Shown here: positions 1-7,153 of the stretch, piece by piece
Layout of the letters: the number at the start of each line of letters is the position of its first letter
Numbering within the stretch: the first letter of the stretch is position 1
Source: Candidatus Hermodarchaeota archaeon
Lineage (GTDB): Archaea > Asgardarchaeota > Heimdallarchaeia > Hodarchaeales > Hodarchaeaceae
Length of the DNA: 24,000 nt
Assembly: GCA_048886185.1 (NCBI GenBank)
Contig: JBHLKY010000014.1
Location: 60,432-84,431, forward strand
Reading direction: 5' to 3'
Translations under genes and position numbers: made by a program
The notes under the pieces: generated by a model
Seen by the model: the letters and a program-made list of their open reading frames with translations, nothing else
Database searches by the model: none
Told to the model about the DNA's origin: nothing

Positions 1-595
1 TTAGTAAAGCAATCGCTGTGCCTTGAGATCGAGATGGTAAGCCATCCATCCCTTTATAAATATGTGAATAGATAAAACATAATATCCCACTAATATCCAA
101 GTGAATTTGAAATTTTGGCGCTTCAAGATCTACTTTGATTCCTTCCAACGGATAAGCTAAGATCTCAGCGCCAAGTTTACTGGCAATTTCTATTGAGGAG
201 AATGGGTGAGACCCCTCACGACGAGCCCTTATAGCAAAACTAGTATAAGGTTGAATTATATTAATTGCTTCTGACTTTCCTGCAGAAAGTATGGAATTTT
301 CTGTTGCTTCAACAACGAGCACGGGACTTACAGAAGACACTCCACTGATTGAGGTAACGATACTGAATGCAAGTTTATCAAGATCAATGCTCGATTCTGA
401 ATAGATGATTAATCGATTTCGATAATTAAGAATATTAAAGGTAAATATATGCCGAAAACGAGCTTTTATATTATGTTGAAGCTGGTCTATCATATATCGA
501 CGAGTCTGTCGGCTTTTTATCCCTAGTTCACCACCAATACGGATTAATAATACACGCTTGTTTATCAAGAAAGAGTATTTCGCGTTATATGCCAT
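1..595 (-). CDS. thiI: tRNA 4-thiouridine sulfurtransferase ThiI, N-terminal part (THUMP domain); the 3' end runs off the window
   Basis: Minus-strand ORF starting at ATG 595..593. It is absent from the ORF track because no stop lies inside the window. My translation is MAYNAKYSFLINKRVLLIRIGGELGIKSRQTRRYMIDQLQHNIKARF...FAIRARREGSHPFSSIEIASKLGAEI...GLPSRSQGTAIALL. The LLIRxGEhxxKS N-terminus, the THUMP-like middle and the G-x-A-x-x-LL lead-in to a PP-loop (LLSGGxDS expected just outside the window) are typical of ThiI. Confidence 0.7.
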   Translation of the reverse strand, partial: MAYNAKYSFLINKRVLLIRIGGELGIKSRQTRRYMIDQLQHNIKARFRHIFTFNILNYRNRLIIYSESSIDLDKLAFSIVTSISGVSSVSPVLVVEATENSILSAGKSEAINIIQPYTSFAIRARREGSHPFSSIEIASKLGAEILAYPLEGIKVDLEAPKFQIHLDISGILCFIYSHIYKGMDGLPSRSQGTAIALL

Positions 596-693
596 ATTGA
601 TGCCTTACTTGAAGACCAGTCTTATTATGATGCAAAGAGCTTAGATTCTCTACAAACCTATACTTCAAAGGATTCTTAACCTCAAGACAGCTA

Positions 694-757
694 GCGAATC
701 AGAGTAACTATAAGATTTCATTGCTTAGCTCATCCTTGTCAGGTTTCATCATTTCGC
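694..757 (-). ncRNA. Candidate C/D-box sRNA (2'-O-methylation guide)
   Basis: The minus-strand sequence parses as GCGAA-ATGATGA(C)-AACCTGACAAGG(12 nt)-ATGA(D', degenerate)-GCTAAGCA-ATGAAAT(C', degenerate)-CTTATAGTTACT(12 nt)-CTGA(D)-TTCGC. C and D boxes match consensus. Both spacers are exactly 12 nt. A 5-bp terminal stem (GCGAA/TTCGC) flanks the boxes. The element is intergenic, 25 nt downstream of the stop at 782. Confidence 0.55.
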
Positions 758-781
758 AGCCGTGGAATCAGAATATAGGAT

Positions 782-1207
782 TTAAAGCTCTTCATCTAGC
801 TCCTCGTCTTCTTCTTCAGTGAGCTCTTGGGAGGCCCGTATTAATTCTGCAGCATTAAATTGTTGTTCAAATCTCCGCCAAACTGCTGGTTTTAATTTTT
901 CATTAAGGCTTTTAATTTCCTTTTCTACTACCTTTTTAGCTTTTTCACGATCTTCAGGTAACTCTGTGAAACCCCATGTTGAAGCAGGGGGAGCTTTTGG
1001 ATCTTTTTTTATTAAATATACAGAATTTTCTTGTTGTTGAAACGAAAAAAATTCAGGTTGAACAAGGGGGCAATCAATATATCTACATGTTCCTGTAACA
1101 GTAAAGAGATGATTGCAGCGCTTTTTCGGAGATGTGGCAGCCGATTTATAGGCACATTGCCCATTTGCGAGGTATCTCCAGGTGGGGATTAACTGAGATG
1201 ATTCCAT
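782..1207 (-). CDS. Hypothetical small protein: N-terminal Cys/His cluster (C18-x12-C31-x-H33-x7-C41-x4-C46) and a strongly acidic C-terminal tail (EEEDEELDEEL)
   Basis: 141-aa ORF with an ATG start. It is co-directional with the flanking translation genes. I recognise no family. The antisense ORF 819..1040 looks spurious. Confidence 0.55.
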   Translation of the reverse strand: MESSQLIPTWRYLANGQCAYKSAATSPKKRCNHLFTVTGTCRYIDCPLVQPEFFSFQQQENSVYLIKKDPKAPPASTWGFTELPEDREKAKKVVEKEIKSLNEKLKPAVWRRFEQQFNAAELIRASQELTEEEDEELDEEL

Positions 1208-1260
1208 TTCTTGTCACACAATTATAGGTCATATAGTAGCTTTTAATACTAGCTTGTAAC

Positions 1261-1364
1261 AGCCGCTGGTGGGATTTTCATACATGATTCATCAGGATCC
1301 TATATCTTGAACCCACGACCAACAGATTACAAGTCTGTCGCTCTACCAACTAAGCCACAGCGGC
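1261..1364 (-). tRNA. tRNA-Thr(UGU) with a 31-nt intron in the T-loop (about position 59/60; intron about 1275..1305)
   Basis: The minus strand parses as GCCGCTG TG GCTT AGTTGGTA GAGC G ACAGA CTTGTAA TCTGT TGGTC GTGGG TTCAAG[ATATAGGATCCTGATGAATCATGTATGAAAA]T CCCAC CAGCGGC T. All four stems pair, and U33, G18G19 and A21 are present. The insertion forms an hBHBh' motif: T-stem / TTCA:TGAA / 3-nt bulges AGA and AAT / TATA:TGTA. Confidence 0.85.
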
Positions 1365-1384
1365 ATGGATTTTTCTTTCTACCA

Positions 1385-1396
1385 TTTTTTGTATAT
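1385..1396 (-). promoter_or_regulatory. Possible TATA box for tRNA-Thr
   Basis: Minus-strand ATATACAAAAAA is centred about 26 nt upstream of the tRNA 5' end at 1364. AT-rich background makes this weak. Confidence 0.3.
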
Positions 1397-1465
1397 GAGT
1401 TATTTGATAGACCTTTCCATACCTTATTTCTAATTCCTCCCTTTTTGGAAGAATTTAAATTTGTT

Positions 1466-1852
1466 TCATTGTAATTCAAGAAATCGTTGATTGCGGATAT
1501 AGAGGGATTTTATTCCTTTTTTACGGGCCATGCTTTTCAGTTTTCGATCATTTGTGGCAATTATCCCGCTTCTTTCTTTTCCATAATATAACAGTATAAA
1601 ATCAATATTCCGATGGTGGTATTCTGAGGGCCATTGTTTACAATATTTATGCACAAATTCTATTGCAACGCGAGAAATCTGCCGTTCTTTTGGAGTTCCC
1701 TCTAAATGTAACTTTTCAAGTTCAGAGAATATTGGGTCTAGCACGATCAATTCTTTTTTTCTAGGAATGACTCGATCTAACTCATATGACAAGTTGAAAC
1801 TGGGCATTTGTCCAAGTGCCATTAAAAAATTTGTATCTAAAAAAATCTGCAA
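1466..1852 (-). CDS. PIN-domain ribonuclease, Fcf1/Utp24-like (COG1412-type)
   Basis: 128 aa. Motifs are an N-terminal IFLDTNFL (catalytic Asp) and a C-terminal IIATNDRKLKSMARKKGIKSLYI (the ATxDxxL...G.P pattern of Fcf1-type PINs). It lies directly downstream of aIF2-gamma, a known conserved archaeal neighbourhood. The start is TTG at 1852; the nearby ATG is out of frame. Confidence 0.75.
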   Translation of the reverse strand: MQIFLDTNFLMALGQMPSFNLSYELDRVIPRKKELIVLDPIFSELEKLHLEGTPKERQISRVAIEFVHKYCKQWPSEYHHRNIDFILLYYGKERSGIIATNDRKLKSMARKKGIKSLYIRNQRFLELQ

Positions 1853-1878
1853 ACATTCTTTATTTGATAATGAGGTTT

Positions 1879-3171
1879 CTAATTTGTTCGTTGTTCTTTC
1901 CCACCTTCAATAACTCCCCACCCTATTAGTCTCCATCTACGATCTATTTGACGGCTAATTGCGACTCGGGTGCCTAATTCAGCACAAACAGGAAGACGAA
2001 GATCTACTTGAATACCCTTTTTACTGGTTTTTGTTACTTTACCAACGGTTTTGGCAGTAGCAACGCTCAACATAAGGTTTTCATTTAATTCAATGTCATG
2101 AACTAAAGTCTGAACTTCACTCCCAACGACACGCTCTAAAAGATGTCTATCAAGTTCTAAAAGATTCCAAACTGGTGGAAGTTCTTCAGGATATCCAACT
2201 ACATGCCCTACGAGAGAATCACTTTTCGTTAAAGAGGGATCAACTTCTGTTCCAATTCCGATAAGCCCTCCTGGTAATGCGGTCTCTAGTTCACCAAACC
2301 CACTTCTTAAGCTTACAATTTTTGTGCGGATAACTTGCCATTTACTACCTTTTCGATTTCCAGGCAGTATTTCGATTTCATCGTTAACTGAGAACTTTCC
2401 TTGAACAATACTTCCTCCCACAACTCCGCCCTTCAAGTTTGTAGGAGATTGTCCTGGTCTATTCACATCAAAGGAGCGAGCTACTAGCATCCGAGGTGTA
2501 ATACTTTCATCTCGTTTTGGTGTTGGGATCTGCTCCTCAATATTTTGAATTAACATATCAATATTAGTGTGGTGAATGGCGCTAATAGGGATTATGGGAG
2601 AATTTTTGGCACTAGTTTTTGAAATAAACTTTACAAGATCTTTATAATTTTGAATTGCCGCCTTTTCAGAAACTAATTCAATTTTATTTTGACATAAAAT
2701 AACTTTCTCCATCCCTATGATCTCCATTGCTGCAAGATGTTCACGAGTTTGAGGCATAGGAACTCTTTCATTAGCTGCAACGACTAAAAGGGCTCCGTCC
2801 ATTATACTTGCTCCAGATAGCATGGTTGCCATTAGTACCTCATGGCCTGGAGCATCAACAAATGCAACTCGACGAAGGAGAGTTGTTTCTTTCCCACAGA
2901 TGGGGCACTTTTCTTGAGTAGTATATTTTGCTGGACTCTCACAATCAGGACAAGCCCGGAATTCTGTTTCAGCATATCCTAATCGGATAGAGATTCCACG
3001 ACGGATTTCCTCACTGTGTGTGTCGGGAAATTTTCCCGTTAGGGCTTCGGTTAAAGTTGACTTTCCATGGTCTACGTGCCCAATCATTCCTATTGAGATC
3101 TCTGCTTGTTTGGGCTTTTCTGGGGATTCAGTCTTTTTTTTGGCTGGAGATCTTCTTTTCTTTTTTGTCAT
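1879..3171 (-). CDS. eif2g: Translation initiation factor aIF2 gamma subunit
   Basis: 430 aa. G1 is GHVDHGKST, G3 is DAPGHE and G4 is NKIE. The zinc knuckle CPDCESPAKYTTQEKCPICG inserted in the G domain is characteristic of a/eIF2-gamma. Confidence 0.95.
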   Translation of the reverse strand: MTKKKRRSPAKKKTESPEKPKQAEISIGMIGHVDHGKSTLTEALTGKFPDTHSEEIRRGISIRLGYAETEFRACPDCESPAKYTTQEKCPICGKETTLLRRVAFVDAPGHEVLMATMLSGASIMDGALLVVAANERVPMPQTREHLAAMEIIGMEKVILCQNKIELVSEKAAIQNYKDLVKFISKTSAKNSPIIPISAIHHTNIDMLIQNIEEQIPTPKRDESITPRMLVARSFDVNRPGQSPTNLKGGVVGGSIVQGKFSVNDEIEILPGNRKGSKWQVIRTKIVSLRSGFGELETALPGGLIGIGTEVDPSLTKSDSLVGHVVGYPEELPPVWNLLELDRHLLERVVGSEVQTLVHDIELNENLMLSVATAKTVGKVTKTSKKGIQVDLRLPVCAELGTRVAISRQIDRRWRLIGWGVIEGGKEQRTN

Positions 3172-3189
3172 AAGAATCCACGAAATGAT

Positions 3190-3570
3190 TCATAACAATT
3201 CTTCTATAGCTTTGCTGCTTTCGTCTCTTTCAAGGATTTTAAGATTTATCTGATAAATATCTTCGCTAATCATTCTACCACGAACGCGTTTTCGTCTTCT
3301 TTTCCCTTTTCTATCTGGTTTATATCCAACTCCCCGATGGCCAATAAGTATTCGTTTTGGTGTTGCACCTTCGACTCCAGGAGCCATAGGAAACCCAGAA
3401 TGATCAGACCCCCCTGTTATTTTAAATGAATAGCCATCAAAACCTATGAAACTTCCTTCTAACTCATCCCCAACTTTTTTTCCGATTAAATGACGAGTCA
3501 GTGCATCATCATCTATTTCTTTCTTGTAACTCTGCTTTCCATCAGCTAAATTAAGTTGAAATCTGACCAT
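3190..3570 (-). CDS. rps6e: 30S ribosomal protein eS6 (S6e)
   Basis: 126 aa. Motifs are MVRFQLNLADGKQSYKKEI..., GGSDHSGFPM and GYKPDRKGKRRRKRVRG, the typical S6e pattern. It is adjacent to aIF2-gamma, as in many archaea. Confidence 0.9.
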   Translation of the reverse strand: MVRFQLNLADGKQSYKKEIDDDALTRHLIGKKVGDELEGSFIGFDGYSFKITGGSDHSGFPMAPGVEGATPKRILIGHRGVGYKPDRKGKRRRKRVRGRMISEDIYQINLKILERDESSKAIEELL

Positions 3571-3650
3571 TTTATCGTCTCATATCTTTTTATTGAATAA
3601 CTTATTAGAATGACCGTGGTGATCTCTATCTAGATGTTCTTTAGGTTATA

Positions 3651-3670
3651 CGTGTCATATCGTGTCAAAT
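3651..3670. repeat. Tandem direct 10-mer CGTGTCA(T/A)AT x2
   Basis: CGTGTCATAT and CGTGTCAAAT are adjacent (9/10 identical, one helical turn apart). They lie about 80-100 nt upstream of the eS6 start on the minus strand. Confidence 0.6.
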
Positions 3671-3760
3671 CTCTTTCTATTCTTAATAGTTCTTATAATT
3701 CTCGAACAGCATTACATGTTATTTTCCACCCATTTTTAATCCATTAATATTCATATTATT

Positions 3761-3788
3761 AGATTAATAGGGATAGATTAATAGGGAA
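3761..3788. repeat. Tandem direct 14-mer AGATTAATAGGGA(T/A) x2
   Basis: AGATTAATAGGGAT and AGATTAATAGGGAA are head to tail (13/14 identical). They sit inside the 320-bp non-coding spacer between aIF5B and eS6. Confidence 0.6.
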
Positions 3789-3891
3789 ATTACCTAAGAG
3801 ATTTTTTATTTATAGTAATCAAAGTTTAAAGCAGATTTTATACTCTTAACGATCGTTTTTTAAGAAATAGTTGATGGATCAGTCCATCTAT

Positions 3892-5655
3892 TCATAAACC
3901 CCAATACTTATTCACTGTTCGCCGTTTAATCTCGATCAGCTCTGTAAGAGCGTCCATCTCTGATCCAGAAAGCATCTTTTGTTCTGTAATTTTCCGTGCA
4001 TCAGATTCAGGGACGTCAACCCACAACTCATCTCCTTCTTTAATCTGACGTCCCGCGGTTGGGCCACGAATAGCTACTGCTACTTGATCGCTCACTTTAG
4101 CTTGAGGAATATTTTTTCCACTATCTTGGATTTGTAACAAGAAACCGATTCTTTTATTCTCTCGATTAATTAGATTGGTTTGAGGCGTTAACAGACCTGC
4201 TAGTACCTCAACTCCTAATATACATGGTTTACTTTGTCTAAATACATATGGAAGAACTTTAATTTTACTTGGACGAACAATACCTTTAAGCGCCTCCTCC
4301 TCAAGACGCTGTTGAATCTCAAAACGATGTGCCTCATATTCTTCTGCTAAACGATAAATTATGTCATTCTGAATGATTGGAATGTCTGACTTTCTTGCTT
4401 CCTCTTGTGCATCTAGAAGGGCATTTATTCGAAATCCTAAGATAACTCCATAATATTCATTTTTCTCTTTGGATAATGATGCCTGATATACGTCTTTTTT
4501 CGTAATGTCTCCTACTGCTGCAAAACGAATTTGGATATTTGAATCTCTAAGAAAATTTACAAGCGCTTCCAAGGAACCTAGGGTATCAGCTTTAACAATA
4601 ACTCCTGCCTCATCAGTTTCAACAAGTATCCTTGCTAATTCGTCTTCAATTTTTGAAATTGCTTTTTCTACATCTTTATCTTCGACCACATAGAGCGAAG
4701 AGCCTGCAATAGCCTCATCAATATTAGGAGCTGTCAATTTAACTCCAATTGCAGCTACTGCTTTATCAACGCTATCAAATTTTTTCCGTGGATCACGAAT
4801 TTCATCTAAATCCTTTGGAAGTAGGATTGCACGAACATAGGTAGAAATAGGCCCATTTTTTCCAGCTAGAACTATACGTGAATTTTGCTTGATGGTACCA
4901 TCAAAAAGAATTACATCTAGAGTAGTTCCTAGTCCCACTTCCTTTTTCACTTCCAGGACAACCCCTTTTCCTTTGTCTAAATGCAATTCCAACTGTTTTT
5001 TCAAGTATTGCTCTGTAAGACTGGCAAGAACAAGGAATAATTCAGGGATACCCTCTCCTGTTATTGCAGATGTAGGAATGATAGCGATTTTCTTAGCAAA
5101 GTTTTTTATTCTATCAAATCTATCTGGTTCAAGATTATAATGACTTAATTCAGTCATGATTTCATAAATAATTGATTGAAGAGCTTCTAATGTGCCACTA
5201 GACTGTTTTGACAGGGATTTCACTAATGTGAGGTCAGGATAACTTTTCCAGCCTGGAAGACGATCGATTTTATTAGCTGCTATTAAAAATGGTACTTTCT
5301 GTTTAACTAAAATCCTTAATGATTCTACAGTTTGAGGTTGTATCCCTCGCCGAACATCAATTACCAATATAGCAAAATTAGCAGAAGAAGCCCCTCGACT
5401 TCTAAGATTATAAAAAGATGAATGGCCTGGTGTATCAATGATGAGAATCCCAGGGATTTTCATTTTTCTTTTAGATTGTTCTAACAAGGTTCCACAAAGA
5501 GCAATAACAGTTTCGATAGGGAAAAAACTTGCGCCTATATGTTGTGTTATTCCCCCTGATTCGCGAGCTTGTACTGCTGTCCCCCGAACTTTATCTAATA
5601 AACTAGTCTTACCTGAATCCACATGACCAAGAATGACCGTGATGGGACTTCGCAT
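3892..5655 (-). CDS. infB: Translation initiation factor aIF5B (IF2 family GTPase)
   Basis: Motifs are MRSPITVILGHVDSGKTSLLDKVRGT, DTPGH and NKID, with the four-domain length expected for the family. The ORF track extends to a TTG at 5685. I prefer ATG 5655 (MRSPI...) because aIF5B proteins start just before the P-loop strand and a GAGGAAG sits upstream. Confidence 0.92.
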   Translation of the reverse strand: MRSPITVILGHVDSGKTSLLDKVRGTAVQARESGGITQHIGASFFPIETVIALCGTLLEQSKRKMKIPGILIIDTPGHSSFYNLRSRGASSANFAILVIDVRRGIQPQTVESLRILVKQKVPFLIAANKIDRLPGWKSYPDLTLVKSLSKQSSGTLEALQSIIYEIMTELSHYNLEPDRFDRIKNFAKKIAIIPTSAITGEGIPELFLVLASLTEQYLKKQLELHLDKGKGVVLEVKKEVGLGTTLDVILFDGTIKQNSRIVLAGKNGPISTYVRAILLPKDLDEIRDPRKKFDSVDKAVAAIGVKLTAPNIDEAIAGSSLYVVEDKDVEKAISKIEDELARILVETDEAGVIVKADTLGSLEALVNFLRDSNIQIRFAAVGDITKKDVYQASLSKEKNEYYGVILGFRINALLDAQEEARKSDIPIIQNDIIYRLAEEYEAHRFEIQQRLEEEALKGIVRPSKIKVLPYVFRQSKPCILGVEVLAGLLTPQTNLINRENKRIGFLLQIQDSGKNIPQAKVSDQVAVAIRGPTAGRQIKEGDELWVDVPESDARKITEQKMLSGSEMDALTELIEIKRRTVNKYWGL

Positions 5656-5996
5656 TTGACCTATTTCTTCCTCTTTGTTTGTCAAATGTTTTCACGCCAC
5701 CAAACTGACTTCTTGATTCAACAAAAGCTCCAATAATTAGTATACACCTTTGAACTGTGTCTGATCTAATCATTATTTTAGAGATTAATACAGATTATAT
5801 TAACAGAGAGATTATGGTTCAAGTGTGTTGTTCTAATTTACTAAACAACCATATTATTCTCAGATCTATCAAATTACTATTCAATCTATATCTTTTTCTT
5901 TTACAAATAGTTGGCGTAAAAAATATAATTTCTTCTCAACGAAGGTGGATAGAATAAATATAGTGTTCCCTTGATAAAAAGGAGATTGAATTAACA

Positions 5997-6410
5997 TTGA
6001 GACGGGATACTACTCATTACTTTATTTTTCCTGAATATTTAAATCAATCACTTACTCGTAAAGAAGGGCGTCGAATATCTCTAGAAGAAGCTGTAGAGAA
6101 TCCTACGATTACTGAAATTCGATTAGCAGCAGAAAAATTAGAACTTGACTATGAAATCAAGAAATATGCTGCGTATCCCCGACATTGGTGGGAAAGGAAC
6201 GGTCTTATTTTAGTCGAGAAAAAACAATCTAAATTACAGACTCTGAAAGATTTATCTAGTGAAATCAAGACATATATACGTCCTGCAATAGAGAAACAGA
6301 AAAAAGCATTAGTAAAAGAGGCAAAGAAAAGGAAAATAATTAAACATTCTCCAGAAAAAAGATCAGTAGTTAGAAAATCCCAAGAATTCCGTCCAAAACG
6401 ACGAAAGTGA
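5997..6410 (+). CDS. srp19: Signal recognition particle protein SRP19, with a Lys-rich C-terminal extension
   Basis: 137 aa. Motifs are FIFPEYLNQSLTRKEGRRISLEEAVENPTITEI...YPRHWWERNGLILV, matching the SRP19 pattern (wP.Y.d...sr.eGRR......p....i......yPr......G.v.v). The start is TTG, with GGAG 12 nt upstream. Confidence 0.85.
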   Translation: MRRDTTHYFIFPEYLNQSLTRKEGRRISLEEAVENPTITEIRLAAEKLELDYEIKKYAAYPRHWWERNGLILVEKKQSKLQTLKDLSSEIKTYIRPAIEKQKKALVKEAKKRKIIKHSPEKRSVVRKSQEFRPKRRK

Positions 6411-6438
6411 TGATAAACATTAGTTTGACAAAAGATCA

Positions 6439-6446
6439 TTTTTTTT
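6439..6446 (+). terminator. Oligo-T tract (T8) downstream of SRP19
   Basis: Eight consecutive T residues lie 29 nt after the SRP19 stop. Archaeal termination commonly uses T-runs, but such runs are frequent in AT-rich DNA. Confidence 0.4.
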
Positions 6447-6480
6447 AGTACTTTTTTCTTTAGCCTTTTAATAAGAAAAA

Positions 6481-7134
6481 ATGGTGTTTCTCCTGCCAAA
6501 AAAGCGCGATTTTTATTCTAAAAAAGCTAAATACGAGGGATACAGAAGCCGAGCTGCTTACAAACTTCTACAAATTGATAATAAGTTTAAATTGTTTCAC
6601 CCAAACCAGACAGTTATTGATCTATGTGGAGCACCAGGAGGATTCTCTCAAATAGCTCGAGATAAAACTAATGGAGAAGCACGTATTTTTTTAGTTGATA
6701 TAGCTCGTACTAAACCAATTCCAAACATCACTGAAATTATCAAAGGAGACATCACGAAATTGCAAACAATTCTTCAATTACAAAAAAGTCTAGAAAAACA
6801 GGGGGCAGATAACAACGAAATTGTTGTACTGGCTGATTGTTCTCCGAACGTTTCAGGTCACTGGACAATGGATCATACTCGGCAAATTTGGTTAGCAGAA
6901 GTGGCTTTAGGAATATCGAATTATTTTTTAGCTGAAAAATTTGTAACCAAGGTATTTCAAGGTGAATTTTTTCAAGAATTACTAGATAAGATCAATGTGT
7001 CATATCAGAGTGTTAAAATTTTTAAACCACCTACCTCACGAAAAAAAAGTGCTGAAACTTATATCATTGCATTAGAGAATAAAAATAGGGGAACAGAACG
7101 ATATAACCAGAAACATCTTGTTAAAAACATTTAA
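6481..7134 (+). CDS. rlmE: 23S rRNA (uridine-2'-O)-methyltransferase RlmE/FtsJ
   Basis: 217 aa. Motifs are YRSRAAYKLLQIDNKFKLF, VIDLCGAPGGFSQ (SAM motif I), DCSPNVSG and KVFQGE, all typical FtsJ/RrmJ signatures. Confidence 0.9.
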   Translation: MVFLLPKKRDFYSKKAKYEGYRSRAAYKLLQIDNKFKLFHPNQTVIDLCGAPGGFSQIARDKTNGEARIFLVDIARTKPIPNITEIIKGDITKLQTILQLQKSLEKQGADNNEIVVLADCSPNVSGHWTMDHTRQIWLAEVALGISNYFLAEKFVTKVFQGEFFQELLDKINVSYQSVKIFKPPTSRKKSAETYIIALENKNRGTERYNQKHLVKNI

Positions 7135-7153
7135 ATCGTTAGTAGGGAATTTA

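Noticed and set aside
819-1040. 73-aa plus-strand ORF antisense to the 141-aa gene
   Set aside because: It lies entirely inside the opposite-strand ORF, has low-complexity Ser/Phe/Leu composition and no recognisable motifs. It looks like a shadow ORF.
1275-1305. TGATGA inside the tRNA-Thr intron as an intron-encoded C/D sRNA (as in some tRNA-Trp introns)
   Set aside because: The intron is only 31 nt, has no CUGA D box, and is too short for a guide RNA.
3020-3253. 77-aa plus-strand ORF across the aIF2-gamma/eS6 junction
   Set aside because: It is antisense to two highly conserved genes and is a typical shadow ORF.
3571-3891. Replication origin (AT-rich spacer with repeats)
   Set aside because: No orc1/cdc6 gene is nearby. 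The repeats are direct tandem pairs rather than inverted ORB-like boxes flanking a DUE. The evidence is insufficient.
4505-5626. Three plus-strand ORFs (4505..4693, 4889..5140, 5438..5626) inside aIF5B
   Set aside because: All are antisense to a confidently identified GTPase gene and carry no motifs.
5757-5957. 66-aa ORF in the divergent aIF5B/SRP19 intergenic region
   Set aside because: It has a GTG start, is extremely AT-rich with Ile/Leu/Asn-rich composition, and has no SD. The region is more plausibly two divergent promoters.
6407-6446. GTGATGA overlapping the SRP19 stop codon as a possible C box
   Set aside because: No C' or D box occurs before the T8 run 26 nt later. The motif is simply the tandem stops TGA-TGA-TAA.
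6149-6499. 116-aa minus-strand ORF
   Set aside because: It is antisense to SRP19 and to the rlmE start. Its Phe/Leu-rich sequence is typical of the reverse strand of a Lys-rich gene.
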